Shown: positions 33,992 to 43,572 of the stretch, piece by piece
How positions within the stretch are numbered: the stretch's first letter is position 1
Layout: the number at the start of each line of letters is the position of its first letter
From: Candidatus Micrarchaeia archaeon
Lineage (GTDB): Archaea > Micrarchaeota > Micrarchaeia > Anstonellales > Anstonellaceae
Reading direction: 5' to 3'
Assembly: GCA_041659465.1 (NCBI GenBank)
Contig: JBAZYD010000002.1
Location: forward strand, 30,253 to 94,252
Length of the DNA stretch: 64,000 bases
Program-made: the position numbers and the translations under genes
The notes under the pieces: generated by a model
Told to the model about the DNA's origin: nothing
Database searches by the model: none
The model's input: the letters and a program-made list of their open reading frames with translations, nothing else

Positions 33992-36900
33992 ATGGGCGCA
34001 AAAACCGACATATTCCCCACATTCTCCGAGCTTTGCGCAGTCGCCCGCGAGGTGGAAAAAAAGCCGCTTTCCATCCCCCCGCGCCCAATCGACGGCAAGC
34101 TCGTGCTTGACGAGAACTTTGGCATCTTCCCGCGCGAGTTCGACGAATACACCTACAACTTCCTGCTTTTCGAGGCGCAAAAAATTGAGCGCTGGCTCAG
34201 CGCGGACGCGGTTTCAAAGTCAGTCGAGGGGCAAAACGCAGCGCCTGCGCATTACACGCCCGAGGAGCAGATGGAAAGCGACCTCCGCAAGTTCGTCTCG
34301 GCGCAGGAGCAATCCTCTGCCGAAGCCGGGGCGCGCCTTCCGCAGCCGCTTAGGGCAAAAAGCGCGCAAGCGCCGCCTGTGCCCGACGAAGTCACAGATT
34401 ACGAAAAGGAAAATCAAAAATCACGCGAGGCTGCCGGCGAAGACGCCTCTTCATTGCCTGAAAAAGCAACGCCAGCCCCCCCTCTTGCCAGGAAGGCGGA
34501 AATCCCCTCCCTCCCGCAGGCAAGGCCTCGCGTGCTGCCCCCAAAAGCGCCCCTGGGCACCGAGCAAAAAAAACCGCAATTGCCAATCGCGCCCCAGATT
34601 CCGCCTGCAAGGCCTTCAGGGCAGCCCATGCAGCAAGCGCCGGATGCATTGCCATCCAGGCAGGCCCCTGCACAGCCAGGGCAGAAAGCAGCGCCCGCGA
34701 TTCCGGCCGCACCCAAGGTACCGGCTCCAAAGCCATCCGAACAGGATGCTTTTGAACCCATCACGCCGCAGCCATCATCGTCGGAAGCGCCGGAGCCATC
34801 TTCGGGCCCGTCAACAGAAGCTGAAAAAAAGCCGCCGGCAGGCATAACATCCTATTCCAAGCTCTCCCCGCGCCTGCAGGCGATAATAGAGCAGAAGCTC
34901 CGCCGCGAGGAGGAAAAGGCGAAAAAAGCCCGCGAAGATTCTGACATCTTCAAATCTCCCCCGCCCCCTCCTTCCGAGGATGAATCCGGGAAAGGTGCGA
35001 CTGGGCAGGAATTGGAGGATGTGGATGCGCCCAATGCATGGAACCTGCACGATGATGAGGCTGAAGGCAGGGAAGCTGCCAAGCAAAGCCCGCGCAAGGC
35101 GCCGCTTGGCAAAACGGAAGAGGAAGAAGCCCCGGTCCCTGAAGGGGAGGAAAAGCCTTTGCCGCAGGAAGATGCAGGCATTCAGGCTCCAAAAAAGCCC
35201 GCCCCCATATTGCCTATGCGCGAGGAGGGAAGCGAGGGGGAAATCCCTTTGCCTGGCGAAGAGGGGCAGCCTTTGCCCGACGATTCCGCCGGGGCGCCGA
35301 TTCCGCGCAAGGAAAAAGCCAGGATTGCGCCAAGCGAAGCGCCTGAGGGGGCGCCCCCTGAAGAAGAGGAAAAGCAAGAAGAGGAGGAAAAGCAGGCCCA
35401 GCCCGCCGATGCCCCTGCGGAGATGGAAGAGCGCGCTTTGCGCGCGCGAAGCCCTGCCAGGGCCGGGCCAGTCACGATAAAGCCGCTGTTCCCGGATGCC
35501 GACGCTTCCGCGCCTTCGCAGGAAAAGCAGGAGATTTCCCAGGCTGAAGACTCCGACCGCATGCGCCGCATCCAAAGGATAATCGAGGATTTGTCACCGG
35601 ACAGGGTGCGCGCGCAGCCAGGGCAGGAGAGTGTTCCATCAGGGAGCAGGCCCTCTTCCAGGAAATCCGGGCAGCAAGCCGGCGCTGGCGACGGGGAGGA
35701 AAAGGAGCCGGAAGAGGCTGAACCTGTGCAGCCTGCCTCGGCGCCGAAAAAAGCCGGCGCTGGCAAAAAGCAAAAGGCGCTTGCCGCGCCCGTGAAAAAG
35801 GCCGCTGGCGCGCGGGCAAGCAAAGCGGCTGCGGCTGCAGAGGAAAAGGAAGCGCCAAAATTAAAGCAAAAGGCAGCGCCACAAAAAAAGCTGCAAAGCA
35901 TCATGCCTGTGGAGCAAGCCCCTGCTGTGAAAAAGCCAACCCAAGCGCCTGCCCCTGCTGCGGGCGAAGAAGTTCAGTCATCACGATTAAAGCCGCGCCT
36001 GCCAATGCGCGAAGAGGAGCAAGCGCCTGCAGGGTTTGCGCCAAGGAAGATCGCCCCCCGCCTGCCAGTGCGCGAAGAGGAAAGCGAGAATGCTGGCGAG
36101 GAAACAGCGCCTTCGCCGCCTGCATCTGCAGGAGGCGAGCAGTGGCGCAAGAGCGCCACTCAAGCGCCGAGAAAGCTTGCCCCCAGGTTTGCCCCGCGCG
36201 CCGAAGAAAGCGAGAATGCTGGCGAGGAAGCGCCTGCTGCGCCTGAAAGATTCGTGCCAAGGAAGCTTGCCCCCAGGTTCGCTGCGCGCGAGGAAGAGGG
36301 CGAGGCGCCTGCTGCGCCCGCAAGATTAAAGCCGCGCCTGCCAATGCGCGAAGAGGAAAGCGAAGGGCCTGGCGAAGAAGCGCCTGCTGCTCCTGAGCCT
36401 GCCCAAGTCCCATTCCTGAAGCGACGGATTTTGCCTGGCATGGTGCGCACTGCGCCTTTTGCCCCGCAGACATACGTGCCTCCTGCCAGGGAGAAAAAGC
36501 CAATTGCGCAGCCCCAAGGCGAGCCTGAAGCCAATGAAGCGCCTGCGGAGGAAGCCGCGCAGGAGCCTCAGGCGGAAGGGGCACAGGAGCCAACTGAGGA
36601 GCAAGCAAGGGAAATTTCCCCCAATCTCGCGCCCCTGCGGCCAAGGAAGCTTGCCTCGGATGAGGCGCCGCTGGCTTCTGAAAAAACCCCGGAGCAGCTC
36701 CTGCAGGACCAAAAGATGGCGAAAATGGCAGAGCAGCTTGCAAGGCTTGAGGCCGGCAAGGAGAAGGAAGTGGCTGGCACCGCGGCAATGCCCTCGGAGG
36801 AGGACGTTCCGCTCCCCGAGGAGGAAGAGACTGCGCCCAAACCGGGCGAATACGAGCAGGCAAAGGACAACCTTAGGAAGTCGCTTGAGCACGAGGAGAC

Positions 36901-37150
36901 GGCGCGCAAGGTGAAGCAGGAGGACGAGGCAATAGTCGAGCAGTATGCAAAGGACCACCTGGTATGGCTTTACGAGATATACAAGATGGGCGGGATGGGC
37001 AGGGAGGATTTCCTGCAGAAGGCTTCCGAGAAATATTCCGAGGCCGAGCGCAGCAGCCAGCCTGCCGCTGCAGGGGATGGCAAGGATGCGCCCCCGAACC
37101 CGGCGCTTGCCGCGCTTTCAAAGGAGATTGAAAAGAAGGACAGGAAATAG
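33992..37150 (+). CDS. 1052-aa P/E/A/K-rich low-complexity protein with short ordered termini
   Basis: Longest frame in the region. Non-repetitive N-terminus (~70 aa) and C-terminus (IVEQYAKDHLVWLYEIYKMGG). Sits between the ATPase and platform genes on the same strand. Confidence 0.55.
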   Translation: MGAKTDIFPTFSELCAVAREVEKKPLSIPPRPIDGKLVLDENFGIFPREFDEYTYNFLLFEAQKIERWLSADAVSKSVEGQNAAPAHYTPEEQMESDLRKFVSAQEQSSAEAGARLPQPLRAKSAQAPPVPDEVTDYEKENQKSREAAGEDASSLPEKATPAPPLARKAEIPSLPQARPRVLPPKAPLGTEQKKPQLPIAPQIPPARPSGQPMQQAPDALPSRQAPAQPGQKAAPAIPAAPKVPAPKPSEQDAFEPITPQPSSSEAPEPSSGPSTEAEKKPPAGITSYSKLSPRLQAIIEQKLRREEEKAKKAREDSDIFKSPPPPPSEDESGKGATGQELEDVDAPNAWNLHDDEAEGREAAKQSPRKAPLGKTEEEEAPVPEGEEKPLPQEDAGIQAPKKPAPILPMREEGSEGEIPLPGEEGQPLPDDSAGAPIPRKEKARIAPSEAPEGAPPEEEEKQEEEEKQAQPADAPAEMEERALRARSPARAGPVTIKPLFPDADASAPSQEKQEISQAEDSDRMRRIQRIIEDLSPDRVRAQPGQESVPSGSRPSSRKSGQQAGAGDGEEKEPEEAEPVQPASAPKKAGAGKKQKALAAPVKKAAGARASKAAAAAEEKEAPKLKQKAAPQKKLQSIMPVEQAPAVKKPTQAPAPAAGEEVQSSRLKPRLPMREEEQAPAGFAPRKIAPRLPVREEESENAGEETAPSPPASAGGEQWRKSATQAPRKLAPRFAPRAEESENAGEEAPAAPERFVPRKLAPRFAAREEEGEAPAAPARLKPRLPMREEESEGPGEEAPAAPEPAQVPFLKRRILPGMVRTAPFAPQTYVPPAREKKPIAQPQGEPEANEAPAEEAAQEPQAEGAQEPTEEQAREISPNLAPLRPRKLASDEAPLASEKTPEQLLQDQKMAKMAEQLARLEAGKEKEVAGTAAMPSEEDVPLPEEEETAPKPGEYEQAKDNLRKSLEHEETARKVKQEDEAIVEQYAKDHLVWLYEIYKMGGMGREDFLQKASEKYSEAERSSQPAAAGDGKDAPPNPALAALSKEIEKKDRK
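35985..36357 (+). repeat. degenerate tandem coding repeats (R[KL][LIK][AK]PR[LF].[PMVA]REEE.E units)
   Basis: GATTAAAGCCGCGCCTGCCAATGCGCGAAGAGGA occurs at 35985 and 36324. GAAAGCGAGAATGCTGGCGAGGAA and AAGCTTGCCCCCAGGTT each occur twice. Confidence 0.7.
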
Positions 37151-37213
37151 GCATGCGCCAATACGTGCATTTTAATAAATTGCATTGGAATTAAGCCTAA
37201 GCGAGGGAAATGG

Positions 37214-38140
37214 ATGGATCAAAACGACAGGAACGCAGCGCAGGCGCCAAGGTCCCATCACCCGTTCGTGGCGCAGCCCCTGCGCGAAGCCGAGGGCGCG
37301 CAGGACCCCCGCCAGTTCCGCCCGTTTTTCAAGTCAGTCTCGCTCCGATTCCCCCTCCTCAAACGCCAGCTCGTGCAGGCCCAGATGAACTACACTCCCG
37401 CAGGCTTTGTCCGCTACGCCATGTCCGGGGCGGTCTACATCACGGCGGTCCTGCTCCTGGTGGCGTGGCTGTTGCTCCGCTCCACCGAGCTCTCCATGCT
37501 GCTTCTCCTCGCGCTTGCGCCAGTGCTGTATGTGCTCATGTTCCTCTACCTTATGCAGTTCCCGCTCGTGAAGGCAAGGCAGCGCGCAAAGAAAATAGAG
37601 CAGGAGCTTGTGTTCGCAGGCAGGCACATGCTCATCGAGCTCCAGTCCGGCGTGCCGCTCTTCGACGCAATGCTTGGGATAAGCCGCGACTACGGGCCGG
37701 TGTCGGAGGAGTTCAACAAGATAGTGGAGAAAGTCACGCTTGGCGTGCCGCTCGGGGCGGCATTCCACGAGGTCGCGGAGAACAACCCCTCGCCGTACTT
37801 CAACCGCCTCGTGCTCCAGCTTGCAAACTCCCTCTCGTCGGGCGCGGACGTCGCCCTCACGCTCGAGTCGTCGCTTGACCAGATTTCCAAGGAGCAGGTG
37901 CTCGAGCTCAAGGCATACGGGCAGAAGCTCAACCCCCTGGTGATGTTCTTCATGATTTTCGGCATAATCATGCCGTCGCTGGGCGTCGCGTTCATGATAA
38001 TGCTGGTGTCCTTCCTGGGCGGCTCGGGCATATCGTTCGGGCCTTCCGCGCTTTTCGGGATTCTTGCCTGCATAGGCATAATCCAGTTCATCTTCCTCTC
38101 GGTCGTGGAGTCGTCGCGGCCGAAGTTCGACATAGTCTGA
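37214..38140 (+). CDS. T2SSF-domain platform protein (FlaJ/TadB/PilC half-size), 1 of 2
   Basis: Cytoplasmic helical T2SSF-like domain (GRHMLIELQSGVPLFDAMLGI...) flanked by TMs. Confidence 0.75.
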   Translation: MDQNDRNAAQAPRSHHPFVAQPLREAEGAQDPRQFRPFFKSVSLRFPLLKRQLVQAQMNYTPAGFVRYAMSGAVYITAVLLLVAWLLLRSTELSMLLLLALAPVLYVLMFLYLMQFPLVKARQRAKKIEQELVFAGRHMLIELQSGVPLFDAMLGISRDYGPVSEEFNKIVEKVTLGVPLGAAFHEVAENNPSPYFNRLVLQLANSLSSGADVALTLESSLDQISKEQVLELKAYGQKLNPLVMFFMIFGIIMPSLGVAFMIMLVSFLGGSGISFGPSALFGILACIGIIQFIFLSVVESSRPKFDIV

Positions 38141-38150
38141 CGGTGCGCTT

Positions 38151-39218
38151 ATGGCAATAAGGATATACGAAATGGTGGGGCGGATTTTCAGCCGCGACCA
38201 GACGCGGAGGCTAGGGCACCTGCTCGAGTCCGCGGGCATGGACTTTGTCCCCGAGGCATTCGCGGGCTTCATAGTGGTGCTCTGCATGCTCGCCTCGGTG
38301 CTCACCTACCTCCTCTTTATCGGGGCATCGCCATTGCGCAGCGTGCTTTTCAAGCTCGCGCTCATGATATCCCCGAGCCTCACCGCCTCCTCGCCGGCCC
38401 TCCTGTCCGCGTTCACCGCGCTCTTTTCCGTTGCGCTTGCGACAGGCATCATCTGCCTTGCCGCATACGTCTCGCTCCTGCTCATGGCCGACGAGCGCAG
38501 GCGCAGGGTGGAGGACGTGCTCCCGGAATTCCTGTCGCTTTCCGCGGCAAACGTGCGCGCGGGCATGACCATCGACCAGGCCATGTGGTATGCCGCAAAG
38601 CCCGAATTCGGGATATTGTCCGACGAGGTGGCAACTGTCGCGAAAAAGGCGTTCGGCGGCGTGCCCTTCAACACCGCAATCGACCATCTCACCGAGCGCT
38701 TCAGCTCCAAGGCGGTGAGAAGGACGGTCGCGCTCATAAAGCAGGGCATCGCATCGGGCGGCAAGCTGGCTGACATACTGGAGCGGACTGCGGAGGACAC
38801 GCGCCAGATGTCGTCGCTGCGGAAGGAAATCGCGACCTCCCTCATAATGTACGTGATATTCATAGTGTTCGCAGGCGCAATAGGCACGCCTTTCCTGTTC
38901 GCAATCTCCGGCAAGCTCGTGGCCATCATCGAGTCCGTCTTTTCCGCGCACCAGTTCTCGGACATCTCCACCGCCGGCTATTCAGGCTCGTTCATCATGC
39001 CGCAAAAGCCGCTCATCACGTCCTCCGAGTTCTTCATCTTCACCGTGCTCTGCTGCATCATGACCGCAATCTTCTCCTCTCTCATAATAGGCGTGATTTC
39101 CAAGGGGAGCAAGAAGGACGGGATGGTGTACCTCCCTGTGCTGCTGATAGGCTCGCTCCTGATATTCTTCCTGATGGGCTTCCTGCTCGACACCGTACTG
39201 GCAAATATATATATTTAA
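38151..39218 (+). CDS. T2SSF-domain platform protein, 2 of 2
   Basis: Second T2SSF-like domain (LSAANVRAGMTIDQAMWYA...LIKQGIASGGKLADIL) with N- and C-terminal TM clusters. Confidence 0.7.
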   Translation: MAIRIYEMVGRIFSRDQTRRLGHLLESAGMDFVPEAFAGFIVVLCMLASVLTYLLFIGASPLRSVLFKLALMISPSLTASSPALLSAFTALFSVALATGIICLAAYVSLLLMADERRRRVEDVLPEFLSLSAANVRAGMTIDQAMWYAAKPEFGILSDEVATVAKKAFGGVPFNTAIDHLTERFSSKAVRRTVALIKQGIASGGKLADILERTAEDTRQMSSLRKEIATSLIMYVIFIVFAGAIGTPFLFAISGKLVAIIESVFSAHQFSDISTAGYSGSFIMPQKPLITSSEFFIFTVLCCIMTAIFSSLIIGVISKGSKKDGMVYLPVLLIGSLLIFFLMGFLLDTVLANIYI

Positions 39219-39245
39219 CGTGAAAATAGGCAATAAGGTGGTTTG

Positions 39246-39734
39246 ATGATTGGTAAACTCGGCTCAAAAGGCCAAGCTGCTATGGAATACCTGATGACAT
39301 ACGGATGGGCCCTGCTTGTCATCGTCATCGTGATCGCGATACTGCTCATCATGAACCCGTTCTCCGCGCCCCAGAGCTGCAAGTTCGACCAGATCGGCTT
39401 TGCGTGCGACAACCCAGTGGTTCGGGCTGACGGCCTGCTCCTCATGGGAGTCACCAACGGCAACAACAACGCCATCAATGTGACCGGCGTGGTGTGCACA
39501 TCCGCCAAGTCCACCACTCCGCCATCGCCCCAGGCCCCGGCCACCAACATCGTAGTGGCCCGCCAGGGGACGCTTACCATCGGCGTTACGTCCAACGTGG
39601 TGTGCGCAGGCGCGCCGACAACCGCAGGCGGGGACTTCTCCGGCAAAATCTGGATATTCTACAGGAACAGCGAGGACGGCGTCGGCTACCCGGTAAGGAC
39701 TGCAAGCGCAAACCTCGTGACAAAAGTAGCCTGA
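39246..39734 (+). CDS. archaeal type IV pilin (class III signal peptide)
   Basis: MIGKLGSKG/QAAMEYLMTYGWALLVIVIVIAILLI. AAGGTGG SD upstream. Pyrimidine-rich terminator tract at 39735-39780. Confidence 0.8.
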   Translation: MIGKLGSKGQAAMEYLMTYGWALLVIVIVIAILLIMNPFSAPQSCKFDQIGFACDNPVVRADGLLLMGVTNGNNNAINVTGVVCTSAKSTTPPSPQAPATNIVVARQGTLTIGVTSNVVCAGAPTTAGGDFSGKIWIFYRNSEDGVGYPVRTASANLVTKVA

Positions 39735-39867
39735 GTTTTTTCCCCTTTTCTCCTTTCTTTTTCTTTTCCCCCTTTAGCGCAAGCCTGCCGCGCGCCCATC
39801 CACCGCAAACCTTTATAAACCACACTTGGCATATATACAGCCGTACAAACAGGCAAAAGGAGAGAAC

Positions 39868-40917
39868 ATGCAGCACAAGCAATTCCACGGCAGGCGCTTT
39901 TTTGCGAAAGCGGCAATCGCCACAACTGCGGCACTCGTTGGGTGCTGGTTTGCCATCCAGCCGCTCGTTTCCCTTGCGCAGGAAAAGCCGCAGCAGAAAT
40001 CCGCAAGCGCGCCCGCGCCTGCCTCTGCAGATGGGAGCAAGGAAAAGACAGTCTCATTCTCCGATGCGCAGGGGGCGCAGCAAAGTCGCGACACTGCGAA
40101 AGCCGGCGGCAAGCAGCTGCCATCGCAGCCAAGGTACGACAGCACGCATCCGTATGCAGGCGTGAGGCGCATACTTGTCGAGCTTGCAGGCCAGCCCGAT
40201 TCCGCGCAGTTCTATGCGCACAAGTACGTCCTGCTCGTGGACGAAATTGCCGCCGCGCTTCAGGACAGCCTGGGCGCTTCCGGCGTTGTGGAAAACCGCC
40301 AGCTTCTCTCCATGCTTTGGAAAATAATGCAGTCGCGCTTTTACTTTGCAGACGACACGAAGTTCATTTCCAATTCGCTCCTGGCCAATCTTTGGGACTG
40401 CGACAATTCAGCCGCAGTCGCCTATGACGTCCTGAGGAAGTTCGGCTTCTCGCCCGAGACAATATCGCTTGCCGGGCACCTTCTCCTGAAGAACGGGCCG
40501 CTGGACTTCGAGACCAAGACTGGCACTATCTATTCGCACGACAGCATCGGCTTTTACTACCCGCCGCCAGTGTCCGCCTCAGGCGCAGATGCATTCATCG
40601 CGCTTGCACACTTCGAGCTTGGGAACATCGACTTGGACTCGTCCAGGTTCGAAAGCGCCATAAGGAATTACAAGAAGGCAATCTCCATCAACTCCCGCGA
40701 TCCGGATTCCCACAACAACCTCGGATGGGCATACGAGTCCATGGGGAAGTATGAAAATGCCCTTGCCGAGTATTCCATTGCAATAGGCCTATCCCCCAAG
40801 CGCGGCATCGCGCGCCTGAACCGCGCCAACCTATATGAAAAGCTCGGGCGCGAGAACGAAGCCCAGGCCGACCGCGACGAATATTACGGAGTAAAGGGCG
40901 TGAAAGTCATCAAATGA
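39868..40917 (+). CDS. Tat-signal lipoprotein with transglutaminase-like core (SirB1-type) + TPR repeats
   Basis: GRRFFAKAAIATTAALVGC (twin-Arg plus lipobox). WDCDNSAAVAYDVLRKFGF...AGHLLL resembles Transglut_core2. C-terminal TPRs (NNLGWAYESMGKYENALAEY). Confidence 0.65.
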   Translation: MQHKQFHGRRFFAKAAIATTAALVGCWFAIQPLVSLAQEKPQQKSASAPAPASADGSKEKTVSFSDAQGAQQSRDTAKAGGKQLPSQPRYDSTHPYAGVRRILVELAGQPDSAQFYAHKYVLLVDEIAAALQDSLGASGVVENRQLLSMLWKIMQSRFYFADDTKFISNSLLANLWDCDNSAAVAYDVLRKFGFSPETISLAGHLLLKNGPLDFETKTGTIYSHDSIGFYYPPPVSASGADAFIALAHFELGNIDLDSSRFESAIRNYKKAISINSRDPDSHNNLGWAYESMGKYENALAEYSIAIGLSPKRGIARLNRANLYEKLGRENEAQADRDEYYGVKGVKVIK

Positions 40918-40962
40918 TTAAGTGTTATTAATCCTTTCAGGCAAAAACCGTCCGGTGATATC

Positions 40963-42561
40963 TTGGTCTTTATCTTTCAGGTAACCGCAACAGCAGGCAG
41001 CCCTGCGACCGCCACGCAGCAGAATCAGCCAAGCACTGTGCAAAACCAGCAGGCCACGCGCGTGGAAATGCAGAAATGGGTGGCGCAGAACTATTCAGTT
41101 ATAGGGAACGTGTACACGAACAACTGCAAAGGCCTCAAGCCCAACAGTTACGAAATAATGTTTCCAAAGGATGCGACATCCAATGATGCCTTTAGGCTGG
41201 ACTTCTACCGCAAAGACGAGCTTGTAAGCTCGTTCAAAGTGTCCCCGGCAGAAGGAGGCTACAAGGTGATTACACAGGACATTTACGACCAAAAGCTCCA
41301 GCAGGAGAAAGGAAACTATGTTTCCCTATCCGGTCCGCTCAAAAACGTTTCCCTATCCAGTCCGCTCACCAACGACATGCTGGTAGTCATCCCGTTCAAT
41401 TCAACATACACCATAAAAAACGCGGAATTCAACCCAAAAGCCGTTGTTTCCGACCCTAAAGAGGCGGACAGCCGGACCCACTATTACGGAAACACCAAGC
41501 AAAGCGCCGAACTCTACACATACCATTCATTTACCGAAAGCAACCTTTACAAAGGGGGGTTCGACGAGGCATCAAAGACGCTCGGCGACCTCTACAACCA
41601 ACCCCCGGGCAAGCAGACTAATTATTTTGCCGATGATGATGTCGGCTTCAGGCAGAATCAGTATGTCTCCCTGCTGCTTTCCATATCCAGGCAGGCGCCC
41701 AACTCGAACGGGATAATCCTGATGCCATCCAATGTCAACTATGCCTCGCTCATACCCGGGCGCAACCACGAGGGGGTCCAGGAAAACAGGACAAAATACT
41801 ACCTTGTCCCGGCATCCGCCTCAATATCGGACATCTACAAGCTTCCGAGCAGCAATGTGCCTGTAGATGTCAAGATCAGCCCAGATGGGAATACCGTAAA
41901 TTTCACCTATAATGGCAAGACACTCGCTTCGCAGGGTGCAGACGTGGCAGGTGTCCCTGGCGGTGTGATAAACCAGACCATCAAGGCAAAGGACGGAGTT
42001 TCCAATGACGAGTGGAAGCTCGTTTCCGTTATGAACGTCAAGGAATACCAAAACGAAGAAGGGACCTATCTCACCAGGAACATCCGCGAATTTGACGGAA
42101 CCGCCCAGGTCTCGCTTGCGGACGGCACCAAGATGACCCCTAAAAAGGGCGCCCATTGGGTTTATACTGCCTCGGTCACGACTGATGAAGGCGAATCCAA
42201 AACACAAGTCTTCGCCTGCCACCCGCTAAATACCACGCCGCCCAAGGGCATAACCTCGCAATTGACGCCTGTCACGATGGAAGCAATCCAAAACGTGATG
42301 TCCGAGAAGAACATAACTCCTGTACTAATCAATGTGCCCTCCACAAACAAAGTAACTGCAGCAGCGGAGAACGTTGCTCCTTTGCAGGCTTACGTCAAGC
42401 AGGAATTCAACGGGATTACAGCCACCATATCGCCCAACTCAGACAATTTCACTTTTGACAAGCAGAACAACCTGGCTTCCATCAAGCCCGAGGTCCTCTC
42501 GCCCCTTCTGAAGGACATTTCCAACAGGACGGCGTTTTCCCTCTCGATGAAGCAGGAGTAG
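40963..42561 (+). CDS. hypothetical 532-aa protein
   Basis: TTG start 5 nt after GGTGAT. T/N/S/Q-rich and beta-like. Internal duplicate VSLSGPLKNVSLSSPLTN. No motif recognised. Confidence 0.45.
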   Translation: MVFIFQVTATAGSPATATQQNQPSTVQNQQATRVEMQKWVAQNYSVIGNVYTNNCKGLKPNSYEIMFPKDATSNDAFRLDFYRKDELVSSFKVSPAEGGYKVITQDIYDQKLQQEKGNYVSLSGPLKNVSLSSPLTNDMLVVIPFNSTYTIKNAEFNPKAVVSDPKEADSRTHYYGNTKQSAELYTYHSFTESNLYKGGFDEASKTLGDLYNQPPGKQTNYFADDDVGFRQNQYVSLLLSISRQAPNSNGIILMPSNVNYASLIPGRNHEGVQENRTKYYLVPASASISDIYKLPSSNVPVDVKISPDGNTVNFTYNGKTLASQGADVAGVPGGVINQTIKAKDGVSNDEWKLVSVMNVKEYQNEEGTYLTRNIREFDGTAQVSLADGTKMTPKKGAHWVYTASVTTDEGESKTQVFACHPLNTTPPKGITSQLTPVTMEAIQNVMSEKNITPVLINVPSTNKVTAAAENVAPLQAYVKQEFNGITATISPNSDNFTFDKQNNLASIKPEVLSPLLKDISNRTAFSLSMKQE

Positions 42562-42782
42562 CCATAGTGCGCTTTTCCCTTTTTTCCCTCCCGCCAGGCG
42601 TCCCCGCAATCCTTTTAAACCCTCAGCCTTCCAATAGGGGCTGTAAACCAAAACAAAAAAGGAGACAAGCTTTTCCTGTGAAAATCCGCCCCCTTTCCCA
42701 AAAGCGGGAAATAGGGCCAGTTTTGTCTTCTTCAGGACAGCATCAAGACTGTGGAAATACTGCGAATATTGAGGTGAACCCC

Positions 42783-43490
42783 ATGTACCCACCCGCACAG
42801 CAGGCATATGACCGCGCAATCACGGTATTCTCGCCCGACGGACGGCTATTCCAGGTCGAATACGCCAAGGAGGCTGTGAAGCGCGGAGCAACCGCAATAG
42901 GCATGGTCTTCGAGGGAGGCGTGCTTCTCGTTGCATACAAGAACGCAAACTCCAAGCTTCTCGTCCCCGAATCCATGAAAAAGGTCTTCGAGATAGACAA
43001 GCACATCGCCGCAACGGCGTCAGGGCTCATCGCAGACGCGCGCAGGCTTGTGGACCTTGCCCGCATGGAGGCCCAGCGCCACAAGCTGGCATACTCGGAG
43101 CCGGCATCGGTGGAGACGATTTCAAAGGAGCTTTGCGACCTCATGCAGGTGTACACGCAGTACGGCGGCATACGCCCGTTCGGGGTGTCGCTTCTGGTCG
43201 CAGGCGTGGACGACAAGCCCCGCCTCTACGAGGCAGAGCCCTCAGGCGCGCTCACAGGCTACCTTGCCGACGCGGTCGGCTCGGGCAAGAAGGAAGTCGA
43301 GGAATTCTTCGAGAAGGAATACAAGCCCGGCATGAGCCAGGAAGAGGCAATAGCCCTTGCCATGAAGGCGCTCAAGAAGTCCGCTGACCTCAAGGTGACG
43401 CCCGACACGGTCGAAATCGCGGTCGCCACAATGAAGAACAAGGAATTCACCATACTCTCTCCCAAGGAGATAGAGAAGTACATAAAGTAA
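42783..43490 (+). CDS. psmA: proteasome alpha subunit
   Basis: YDRAITVFSPDGRLFQVEYA signature. GAGGTGA SD 5 nt before the ATG at 42783; the track's upstream extension was dropped. Confidence 0.9.
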   Translation: MYPPAQQAYDRAITVFSPDGRLFQVEYAKEAVKRGATAIGMVFEGGVLLVAYKNANSKLLVPESMKKVFEIDKHIAATASGLIADARRLVDLARMEAQRHKLAYSEPASVETISKELCDLMQVYTQYGGIRPFGVSLLVAGVDDKPRLYEAEPSGALTGYLADAVGSGKKEVEEFFEKEYKPGMSQEEAIALAMKALKKSADLKVTPDTVEIAVATMKNKEFTILSPKEIEKYIK

Positions 43491-43572
43491 AGTCCCCGCT
43501 GGAAAGCAGCGGGGGTGAACCATTAGGGGGAGGCAAATGAAAAGCCCCTGCCCCCTAGGGAAAGATGGGAAA

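Noticed and set aside
33852-36958. Multiple 100-330-aa ORFs in all other frames of the giant low-complexity gene (for example 33852-34847 +, 34811-35575 -, 35182-35904 -, 35901-36863 -, 36326-36958 -)
   Set aside because: Repeat-rich GC-biased DNA lacks stops in every frame. Only the 1052-aa frame has non-repetitive N- and C-terminal segments and fits the operon. Residual doubt is reflected in its confidence score.
37334-38951. Minus-strand ORFs of 323, 246 and 221 aa over the two T2SSF genes
   Set aside because: The plus-strand products have the TM / helical-domain / TM layout of FlaJ/TadC halves. The antisense products are Arg/His/Glu-rich without features.
42567-42782. 72-aa N-terminal extension of the proteasome alpha ORF
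   Set aside because: The canonical proteasome alpha N-terminus (MYPPAQQAYDRAITVFSPDG) starts at 42783 behind a GAGGTGA SD. The extension is Pro/Ser/Arg-rich and begins with a non-ATG codon.
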